40,512 nt of DNA from an uncultured Gammaproteobacteria bacterium. Its GTDB lineage: Bacteria; Patescibacteriota; Microgenomatia; Levybacterales; UBA12049. The stretch covers positions 1 through 40,512 of the forward strand of contig CAZRBN010000003.1 of the NCBI GenBank assembly GCA_964598355.1, read 5' to 3'. This document shows positions 20,301 through 27,831 of this stretch, piece by piece. Every line of letters begins with the position of its first letter. Within the stretch, counting starts at the first letter, position 1. The notes beneath the pieces were generated by a model. The model made no database searches and was not told where the DNA came from. It saw only the letters and a list, made by a program, of their open reading frames with translations. Both the position numbers and the translations under genes were made by a program.

Positions 20301-21506
20301 CTAAGGGCGTTTGGCAACCGAGAAATTGGCAACAAGCAAGGTTACAAGGGTTACTATCGAAAGGACGATACCCACAAGTGATATTTGGTTGAGTAAAATA
20401 GGTATCGGAGGATCCCAATTACCTGTATAAAGAAATGGAATATATTGCAAGAGTGCAAAAAAGGAAAAAATACTATATGGAATAAAAATAAAAGGTTTTT
20501 TTAATAATGCAGCGAAAGGCAGCATATATAAGAAGTACCAAGGCTGAAAATTTGTCCGCGTGGTTGCCAAAACAACCGGAATAACAGACAGTACCGCTCC
20601 TGTCATTACTAACAGCTCATATGGAATCTGTCTTTTGCTTTTTTGATACCATGCTAGTACCAACCAAAGAGGCAACCAGATACCAGTAGCAAATTTTACA
20701 GTCACAGAAGCAATAAAAGAAGTAAAAGAAGTTACATATTGTTTGTTAATTAATAAATATAGTGCCATTGTTGAGAGAAAAATCATGACGATATCGTTGT
20801 GTGCACTAACAAGTGCTTCAATAATCACAAGTGGAGAAAGAGCAAACAAAACCAAAGAAAAAAGACTATTTTTGGGAGTTGTTTTTTGAACAATTCTTTC
20901 CACAAAAAAGGCCGTTCCTACATAACTGAGAGAGGCAATGATTTTAAATAAATAAAAGGTAATAAGAAAAATTTGCCCTCCCATAAAAGAAAAAGGAAGG
21001 GTTATGACAAGCCATAATGGTCCATAGGGATAGGTTCTTTCAACCCAGTGCATAAAAGAAAGCATAGGGTCCTGAGCAAAATCTAGGGCTTTATGTTGAT
21101 ATGGATTCAAGTGATAATGAGTAACTATTTTTGCATCAAAAATATAATTGAAAAGATCATAAGAGAATGCATTATAGGAAAATGTTAATATAACAGCAGT
21201 AACAATAACTACTATCCAAACAGTTTTTCGAGAGATCGTTTTTTTATATGCTGCAAAAAGAAATCCAGCATAGCTACTAAATAACAACAGTAATATTACT
21301 ATATATAAACCTGTTGATAATGGTCTCTGAAAGTAACCAATATGCTGAAATGTTTTCTCAATTGTCTGCCAAAGAGACACTCTGGAAAGCGTCAGGCTTA
21401 AATCAACCTGCGTGTAGGAGTAGAGAAAAAGACCAAGAATTGTCAGAATATAAAGGAAAATTAAAAAGCGAACTTTAGTCATAAACTGGTATTTTGTATA
21501 ACTCAT
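20301..21506 (-). CDS. MptA/MptB-like polyprenol-phosphate-sugar-dependent GT-C transferase
   Basis: SYDLFNY...NPY...YPYGPLW, LFK, LSPLVIIE..VSAHND, VK, QPWY. The start may be 21482. Confidence 0.72.
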   Translation of the reverse strand: MSYTKYQFMTKVRFLIFLYILTILGLFLYSYTQVDLSLTLSRVSLWQTIEKTFQHIGYFQRPLSTGLYIVILLLLFSSYAGFLFAAYKKTISRKTVWIVVIVTAVILTFSYNAFSYDLFNYIFDAKIVTHYHLNPYQHKALDFAQDPMLSFMHWVERTYPYGPLWLVITLPFSFMGGQIFLITFYLFKIIASLSYVGTAFFVERIVQKTTPKNSLFSLVLFALSPLVIIEALVSAHNDIVMIFLSTMALYLLINKQYVTSFTSFIASVTVKFATGIWLPLWLVLAWYQKSKRQIPYELLVMTGAVLSVIPVVLATTRTNFQPWYFLYMLPFAALLKKPFIFIPYSIFSFFALLQYIPFLYTGNWDPPIPILLNQISLVGIVLSIVTLVTLLVANFSVAKRP

Positions 21507-21562
21507 ATCTTAGACAATTAGTATTTTTCCAACCTAAATACTAGATATAAGATCCTAAAATA

Positions 21563-22318
21563 CTACTTATAGATTCCTTGTATTTTATTGAGTCTTATTT
21601 TAAGAAGGTATGTGAGGGCATCAACAGAGTCTTTGAATGGACTTACTCGACGTGTCTCAACATACAACCACACCACAGGCACTTCTTTAATAGAGAATCC
21701 CATCATTTGAGCTAAAGTAAGTGTTTCGACATCAAATCCAGCTGATACGCTTGACCCACTCACTTTTTGGTAGCCATGGTGCAAATCATACATTTTCTGA
21801 AAAATTTTCTTCCCTGCTTCGTTTTTAAAAACCTTAAACCCACACTGGGTATCAACAATCCCTTTGAGACCTACAATTGCTGTACGCAACACCATCATGC
21901 CTTTCGCCATAAGCTGACGTGTCCAGGGAGCTCCTTTTCTCCCATGTCGTGAGCCAATAACAATATCAAATCCCTTTGCAAAAAAAGGCAGTAACTTATC
22001 TATTTCCTCAATGGGTGTTGCCTGATCCATATCAGTAAAGAGTACATACTCTCCTTTTGCCTTCAACATACCAGTGGTTACAGCGCCTGCCTTCCCTAAA
22101 TGAGGATTTTTAATAAGAGAAAATGTTTTATTTTCACGGACAAATTTTTCAACGAACTCCTCGCTTCCATCTTTTGATCCGTCATCAACCACCAATACTT
22201 CATAATCAAATTTCTTTTTATCCAAGAAGCTCTTTACTTTATCCAGCACCCCTTTCTGAAGATTAGCCATTTCATCATAGGAGGGAATAACAACGGAAAG
22301 ATATACATTTTTCACCAT
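21563..22318 (-). CDS. GT2 polyprenol-phosphate glycosyltransferase (ALG5/DPM1-like)
   Basis: YLSVVIPSYDE, VVDDGSKD, GKAGAV..GML, LFTDMDQATP, DTQCGFKVF, FDVE.L..A. Start trimmed to ATG 22318. Confidence 0.88.
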   Translation of the reverse strand: MVKNVYLSVVIPSYDEMANLQKGVLDKVKSFLDKKKFDYEVLVVDDGSKDGSEEFVEKFVRENKTFSLIKNPHLGKAGAVTTGMLKAKGEYVLFTDMDQATPIEEIDKLLPFFAKGFDIVIGSRHGRKGAPWTRQLMAKGMMVLRTAIVGLKGIVDTQCGFKVFKNEAGKKIFQKMYDLHHGYQKVSGSSVSAGFDVETLTLAQMMGFSIKEVPVVWLYVETRRVSPFKDSVDALTYLLKIRLNKIQGIYK

Positions 22319-22406
22319 ATTAGTATACAAGAAAAAGTATTTTAGGACAAACAGAAACGAGCAATTACTGTATCGTTCAATTGTCTTGCTATGCAAAATA
22401 TTTTTG

Positions 22407-22463
22407 CCTGAGCTTGTCGAAGGCTATTATCCTTTGATTCGTCCCGAACCGTCGAGACTCAGG
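22407..22463. repeat. REP-like palindromic element
   Basis: CCTGAG...CTCAGG terminal inverted repeat enclosing TCGAAGG-ctattat-CCTTTGA; GC-rich in an AT-rich spacer. Confidence 0.5.
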
Positions 22464-22554
22464 GAAAAACTGCATAACACTCGAATCAATTGTCTTATCA
22501 ATCAAAATAAGGTAAAATATACATTACTATTAGCTATAAGCCATATGCTGATCA

Positions 22555-22628
22555 GGGGCGTTCGTCTAGTGGCCTAGGACGTCACGTTCTCAACGTGAAG
22601 ATCAGGGGTTCGACTCCCCTACGCCCTA
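22555..22628 (+). tRNA. tRNA-Glu (anticodon CTC), CCA not encoded
   Basis: Acceptor GGGGCGT/ACGCCCT plus A; D-arm GTCTAGTGGCCTAGGAC; anticodon arm TCACG-TTCTCAA-CGTGA; T-arm AGGGG-TTCGACT-CCCCT. Confidence 0.96.
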
Positions 22629-22633
22629 CTCAA

Positions 22634-22706
22634 GGCTATAACTCAGAAAGATAAATACTTCACGACAACTCATGAGGCTAATTTGATTCGAATCCCCTAC
22701 TGAGTC
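22634..22706 (+). pseudogene. Degenerate tRNA-like sequence / possible att remnant
   Basis: Starts GGCTATAACTCAG (tRNA 5'/D-stem-like). TTCGAATCCCCTAC at 22687-22700 matches tRNA 22609-22622 at 13 of 14 positions. The stems no longer pair. Confidence 0.4.
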
Positions 22707-22745
22707 TTACCGCAACATAACACTACATTAGCCATAGAACCTTTC

Positions 22746-22782
22746 TTGAAAAGTAGTATTAAGTAGTATAAAATAGTATTGT
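22746..22782 (+). promoter_or_regulatory. Promoter overlapped by three tandem 10-bp direct repeats
   Basis: TTGAAA 22746-51, 17-nt spacer, TAAAAT 22769-74; repeats AAGTAGTATT/AAGTAGTATA/AAATAGTATT at 22751-22780. Confidence 0.65.
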
Positions 22783-23724
22783 ATGGATAATATTTTGAAA
22801 GAGATCAATCGTAAAAAGATCTTACTAGATAGCTACAGACCGTTACCTAAGACTATTTTAGATAATCTTGAGGAATGGTTTCGTGTTGAATTAACCTATA
22901 CATCTAATGCTATTGAAGGTAATACGCTCACCCGTCAAGAAACAGCTCTTATTATTGAGAAAGGGATAACCGTTGAAGGAAAAAGTATACAAGAACATTT
23001 AGAGGCAATTAATCATGCAGAAGCATTTTCATATATTCAAGCATTATCTGAAGATAAAAAGAGAGAAGAATTAACTCTTCAAGATATTTTAGACATTCAT
23101 AGAATTATTCTTAAAAAAATCAATGATACTGATGCAGGAAGACTTCGCAATACTTCTGCGCGGATCAGCGCATCAACAACTGTCCTTCCTAATCCAATCA
23201 AAGTACCTGAGCTGATGGAAGAATCGATAAAATGGGTACAAACCACAACAGAAAATCCTGTTAAAGTAGCTATTGATGCTCATTATAAGTTAGTTACTAT
23301 TCACCCATTTGTTGATGGAAATGGTCGTACAGCAAGATTATTAATGAATTTTATTTTTATGCAAGCAGGTTTTCCTCCTGCTATTATTAAGAAAGAAGAA
23401 AGAAATCGCTATCTCACTGTTTTAGAATCAGCACAAACAAAAGGTAATCAAGATGCTTATTATGAACTCATGCACGATGCAATTAATAGATCTCTTGATC
23501 TCTACTTGGAGACTGTTCAATCAAACAAAGAAGAATCTACAGAGAAAATCGCAGAACAGAATTTTTATACAACAGATCAAGTTGCTACATTATTGCAAAT
23601 AGGTGTTGAAAGTGTACGACGCTACGTGCGAAGTGGTAAATTAAAAGCAGTAAAACTTGGAGGTAAGTTTATTCGTATTGAGAAGAAGGATTTAGATCAG
23701 TTCATTAAACAACAAAAAGGTTAA
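22783..23724 (+). CDS. Fic-domain protein (class II) fused to a C-terminal excisionase-like HTH_17 domain
   Basis: Catalytic HPFVDGNGRTAR; inhibitory SNAIEGN; C-terminal FYTTDQVATLLQIGVESVRRYVRSGKLKAVKLGGKFIRI. Confidence 0.92.
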   Translation: MDNILKEINRKKILLDSYRPLPKTILDNLEEWFRVELTYTSNAIEGNTLTRQETALIIEKGITVEGKSIQEHLEAINHAEAFSYIQALSEDKKREELTLQDILDIHRIILKKINDTDAGRLRNTSARISASTTVLPNPIKVPELMEESIKWVQTTTENPVKVAIDAHYKLVTIHPFVDGNGRTARLLMNFIFMQAGFPPAIIKKEERNRYLTVLESAQTKGNQDAYYELMHDAINRSLDLYLETVQSNKEESTEKIAEQNFYTTDQVATLLQIGVESVRRYVRSGKLKAVKLGGKFIRIEKKDLDQFIKQQKG

Positions 23725-23761
23725 TTCTGTAGGCATCCATCAAACTGTTTAATCAGGATAA

Positions 23762-24859
23762 TTAGCGATTCGATAGAAAGTGCGGTTGGGCTACTTTTTT
23801 TATTCTTTTCTTACCAAGCTGCTTTTCTAAAAATTTTCCAACAAAAGTATCCAGAGTTAAACTGCCTCCATTATTAATACTTAAGTATAATGCAAGAGCA
23901 AGGAGAATGTAATGTGGCCAGACTGCTTCTTTAAAGAATAATACAGATAAGAAATACAACCAAAATGTGACAAAAGAAGCATAGCGTGTTTCAAACCCAA
24001 CGATTATCAATAATCCAACAAATATTTGCGCAAATCCTGTCCCTAAAGAAATAAGCAGTGGATCTTGTGGGAAAAGCCAATGGATCTGATTCATATGATA
24101 CTTATTCACAATTTCTACAATAACAGCAGGATGCAAAAGCTTGAGAGTAACTGCAGGATACATAACAGAAATTCCATACGTAATACGAATAAGCAAAATT
24201 TCAAGATTTTGATATTTTTTAACAAGAGGAGAAATGCCAAACAGCTTGTTATCAACAGACAATATATAGGAGCCAAAGATAACCAGTGCTATTAACTCTC
24301 CATAATAATTAAGATAGGTTGTCATATACTCTCCGTAGACAAATGTGGAGGCAATCAAAATAAGCAAGGCAATAAAAGAGACAACACGGGTAAAAAATCC
24401 AAAAAGAAGTAATAGGCCACAGACATACATAATAGGAATAAGGAGATTCCCACCAGGAATTGAAGTAATAGGGATTTCCGGACCCAAGTAGGAATGATAA
24501 TATGCTGATGCGAGTAAAGACCCTGCAAAAGCAATCCTCAATAACACATGACCAACAGGATCTAGTTTTTCTAAAATGCTACCAAGTTTTCTACCGATTG
24601 GTGAATACTGGAAAAGAAAAAAAAGAATAAAAACAATGCCGATTCCTATGCCTACTTCTGTTGTGATAACAAGATTTTCAGGTTTTTTAAATACATCCAG
24701 CACATGCGTTGTCGTATCAGCCAAACCAACGTTTAGTTCATGTGGTGTCAAGACATATTGTTCATGAGCAAAGGCAGCGTGCGGTTGATTCAGAAGACCA
24801 AAGAGACAGAGAATTGAAAATATAACAAAAACCCAGGAACGTTTTAAAATTTCCCTCAC
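23762..24859 (-). CDS. DoxX-like multi-pass membrane protein (two DoxX-type repeats)
   Basis: Signal-like N-terminus then AHEQYV; repeated LLRI...GLLLLFGFFTR and LIRI...GLLIIVGFETR; C-terminal GG..TLD. GTG start. Confidence 0.65.
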   Translation of the reverse strand: MREILKRSWVFVIFSILCLFGLLNQPHAAFAHEQYVLTPHELNVGLADTTTHVLDVFKKPENLVITTEVGIGIGIVFILFFLFQYSPIGRKLGSILEKLDPVGHVLLRIAFAGSLLASAYYHSYLGPEIPITSIPGGNLLIPIMYVCGLLLLFGFFTRVVSFIALLILIASTFVYGEYMTTYLNYYGELIALVIFGSYILSVDNKLFGISPLVKKYQNLEILLIRITYGISVMYPAVTLKLLHPAVIVEIVNKYHMNQIHWLFPQDPLLISLGTGFAQIFVGLLIIVGFETRYASFVTFWLYFLSVLFFKEAVWPHYILLALALYLSINNGGSLTLDTFVGKFLEKQLGKKRIKKVAQPHFLSNR

Positions 24860-24902
24860 CTCCTTATCATAGAAGTATTGTTATAGATATTACAAGAACA
24901 AA

Positions 24903-25010
24903 TCAATTACTTTTATACATGGCACTACGGGTAGTACCAACTTTAATGATAGATCCTGCTTCTTCCAGCTTTTTGAGATCATATCTAAGAGTACGAAGAG
25001 GAATTTTCAT
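24903..25010 (-). pseudogene. Isolated winged-HTH fragment (35 aa)
   Basis: MKIPLRTLRYDLKKLEEAGSIIKVGTTRSAMYKSN*, a recognition helix plus wing pattern; an in-frame stop lies 13 codons upstream. Confidence 0.5.
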
Positions 25011-25070
25011 CTTGCCTAATTTGCTAGATGCTGCCAGATAACATGATTAGGAAGGTGTTATAATTATGCA

Positions 25071-25580
25071 ATGCAATTAGTTGCTCCATCAATAAACTAT
25101 CAAGAGAGTTATTTTCAAGCACTTGACGAGGCAGAACATGAAATGGGAGATACGTTACTTACGGCACCCGTAGAAAATGAATCGTTTGTAATGTTCGTTA
25201 ACCATCTACTAGAACACGCAAAAGGACTGCATCTCCCAGAGGGATGGGTACCAACAACCGAACTATGGCTTATTGATCGTGACGAATTTATCGGACGGGT
25301 AAATATCCGCCACCAACTCACCAAACATCTTTTAAAAATCGGTGGACATGTTGGTTATTGGATCCGTCCATCAAAAAGAAAAATGGGCTATGGAAAAACA
25401 ATTCTAAAACTTGCGCTCCCTGAAGCAAAAAAATTAGGTATTACAAAAGTATTGGTTACGTGTGATGATACAAATATTGGCTCGCAAAAAATCATTGAAG
25501 CGAATGGAGGTATTTTAGAGAATATCGTTGATGCAGGTGAAGGAAATCCTAAAAAAAGAAGGTATTGGATAGTAATATAG
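25071..25580 (+). CDS. GNAT-family N-acetyltransferase
   Basis: LPEGWVP, IGRVNIRH.L, GGHVGYWIRPSKRKMGYG, LVTCDDTNIGSQKIIEANGG, RRYWI. Confidence 0.9.
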   Translation: MQLVAPSINYQESYFQALDEAEHEMGDTLLTAPVENESFVMFVNHLLEHAKGLHLPEGWVPTTELWLIDRDEFIGRVNIRHQLTKHLLKIGGHVGYWIRPSKRKMGYGKTILKLALPEAKKLGITKVLVTCDDTNIGSQKIIEANGGILENIVDAGEGNPKKRRYWIVI

Positions 25581-25582
25581 AC

Positions 25583-26332
25583 TTAAACTTTTCTAGCTCT
25601 AATTGCCAGGAAAAGAGGAAATTCACTGCGCGCCCGATTTTCCATTTTTGCGACTCTGCCCTCACTCTCTTTATCAGACACCCATTCTTCCAAAGCTTCT
25701 ATAAGAAATCCATTATCTGTAAATGCTTTTGTGTAAAAAGATAAAGGATAATGAAATGACCAGGTAATCTCAGAATGTTTCTCTCCTGGATGCATAGTAA
25801 TAGGAATCTTAATAGGACTCATGTAGCGATTTTCGTATCTATACTGAAGTTTATTTTCTCCTATTCCCCACCCTGACTGTCTGGGAATTCTGAAAGAAGG
25901 ATGATTGAGGACAATAACAAATGTTCCATTCTTCTGCAAATGTTCTGAAGCATTTCGAATAGCATTTTGAGGAAGTTCCATATTCTGAAGACATAAAATA
26001 GCAGCAGCATGAGTAAAGTCTTTTTCTTGAAGAGGTAAGCGTTTGGTCGCATCTGCAAGGATATATGTGTGTTTAGAATTTTTGTCTTTACTTTTTGCAG
26101 AATCTATGAGACTTCTTGCTAAATCAACCCCTACATACCCTGTACTGGTAGGTACCGAACGAGCCAAAACTCCTTGTCCACACCCTATATCTAAAAGTTT
26201 ACTTTGCTGTTCCAAACTCAGCAGACGTAAAGCCCCCGGCAAAACAATATGTTCGTGATAATAATGTCCTTTATCACCAACCATTTTGTTGTACCATTTG
26301 CCTGACTTATTCCAAGAAGTATCTTGTTTCAT
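25583..26332 (-). CDS. Class I SAM-dependent methyltransferase
   Basis: LLDIGCGQG motif I, GVDLA, ADAT, VLNHPSFR, EFPLFL. Confidence 0.9.
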   Translation of the reverse strand: MKQDTSWNKSGKWYNKMVGDKGHYYHEHIVLPGALRLLSLEQQSKLLDIGCGQGVLARSVPTSTGYVGVDLARSLIDSAKSKDKNSKHTYILADATKRLPLQEKDFTHAAAILCLQNMELPQNAIRNASEHLQKNGTFVIVLNHPSFRIPRQSGWGIGENKLQYRYENRYMSPIKIPITMHPGEKHSEITWSFHYPLSFYTKAFTDNGFLIEALEEWVSDKESEGRVAKMENRARSEFPLFLAIRARKV

Positions 26333-26356
26333 ATAGATATTATACCTGATGGAGGA

Positions 26357-27571
26357 TTAAAATGAGAAGGTTTCGAGAATTCTATTGAATACAGTTTCAT
26401 TTGTCTGTACTACTTTTCCGGTCTCAGCAGATACAACTGCTTGTTTTGCAAAGGAAATTGGAAGAAGTCCTAAAATTCTTTTGTTAGCTGTTCCATTGAC
26501 TTCAAAAACAGCCTCGTTATGTAGTGTCGTTAATGTAACATTTTGGGATGTAGTTGTACCAATCGCTGTTGTATTTGCAGTATTTTCTACATTAGTTAAG
26601 ATTTTTGAACCAAGCACATTCTTAACAGCTTCATCTGGAAGCACTGCTACTGTTTTTGTACCTGTTGGGGTTGTTATGGTAAGTGCATTTGTTGTTGGAT
26701 CTACAGAGATTGGCAATTTTGTATGAGCTTCTACTTCACCTTTTCTGATAGTAAGACCCTTTGCTTCATCTGTTCCAACTTCTACTTCCTGTTCTTTCAG
26801 ACTCTCATTGAGTTTTTTAAATGTATCATTACTTTCTAATTCTGTCTCTGTCCCATCTTCTTTCTTCGCTTTCACAACTACTTTATCCCCTTCCATTTGT
26901 AATTCAACTTTTGTTCCTTCTTGATGAAGTTCTATTTTCTTGTTATTTCCCTGAACTTTGACCTCTAGCTTTTGTGTATTTTCAACTTGATGAAGCACCG
27001 TTTCTTGTTGTACTTTTTCAGCACCCATTGTTGGATGAGGAGTTTCATGCTCACCTTCCTGGTGAACAGATGGAGTAACGGGAACAGACAAAGGAGTAAA
27101 TGAAAAATTAGATTGATGCCACGAGTTATTTAATTCAAAACAATTCTTAAAATCTGTCGTAAAGTGCTTCCCATCAGGACCAACACAATCAACCTGACTA
27201 TTTTGCGGTAATGCATTTTGAGGTATCGGCGAACCGCTATTGCTATTGTCGTGACTACCTCCTCCTCCACTATTACCACTACCCGAATTAGATCCTCCTC
27301 CACTTGATCCACCACTACTACTTCCTCCACCGGAACTAGATCCTCCACCTGAGGAGCCACCATTGCCTCCACTTCCTGAACCTCCACCACTATCATCTCC
27401 ACCCCGTGCTAAGAAGATACTTGCTCCCAAAACGTGAGGCTTTTGATACATTTTTGCCGACCCAAAAACTATCACCAAAAGACCAAAGAAAATAACAATA
27501 TAGTGAAGTTTGAGCACAGATTGTAAATGCAGTGTTTTTTTCTTGTATGATTGGGCAGTTTTCTTTTTCAT
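26357..27571 (-). CDS. Membrane-anchored/secreted protein with Gly/Ser-rich linker, function unknown
   Basis: Basic N-terminus plus one TM; about 55-aa G/S tract; two-Cys module CVGPDGKHFTTDFKNC; Glu/Lys-rich region; PepSY-like C-terminus (VFEV...VSAETGKVV). Confidence 0.75.
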   Translation of the reverse strand: MKKKTAQSYKKKTLHLQSVLKLHYIVIFFGLLVIVFGSAKMYQKPHVLGASIFLARGGDDSGGGSGSGGNGGSSGGGSSSGGGSSSGGSSGGGSNSGSGNSGGGGSHDNSNSGSPIPQNALPQNSQVDCVGPDGKHFTTDFKNCFELNNSWHQSNFSFTPLSVPVTPSVHQEGEHETPHPTMGAEKVQQETVLHQVENTQKLEVKVQGNNKKIELHQEGTKVELQMEGDKVVVKAKKEDGTETELESNDTFKKLNESLKEQEVEVGTDEAKGLTIRKGEVEAHTKLPISVDPTTNALTITTPTGTKTVAVLPDEAVKNVLGSKILTNVENTANTTAIGTTTSQNVTLTTLHNEAVFEVNGTANKRILGLLPISFAKQAVVSAETGKVVQTNETVFNRILETFSF

Positions 27572-27831
27572 TACCAGTATTAGTACATCATAAGCATTTA
27601 CTCATTGTCAAGAACAAGGAGGTAAAACTAAAACCTAAACCGCAGAAAGATATCAGATATTGGATACTAAACTCAACTTTATGTACGAACCCATGACTTA
27701 TAGCAATATATACTTCCTTCACCCATTACCAATATAGTAATTTCTTACATATTTCTTCCAAGATATGACGTTTCTGCCTGCGAAATTTGCACTTGAAGAC
27801 TTACTCAACGCTGGTATACACTACCCTCACT

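Noticed and set aside
22386-22577. 63-aa ORF
   Set aside because: It runs through the palindromic repeat and into the tRNA; spurious.
22630-25580. Intact prophage or integrative element at tRNA-Glu
   Set aside because: No integrase, transposase or phage genes, and no distal att copy was noticed; at most a remnant.
25071-25580. GNAT as a toxin of a toxin-antitoxin pair with the wHTH fragment
   Set aside because: The genes are divergent rather than operonic, and the GNAT resembles a common stand-alone family rather than AtaT/TacT toxins with RHH antitoxins.
27240-27405. CCT/CCA-rich repeats as a CRISPR array or DNA repeat element
   Set aside because: Fully explained by Gly/Ser codons of the 26357-27571 gene; no repeat-spacer structure and no cas genes.
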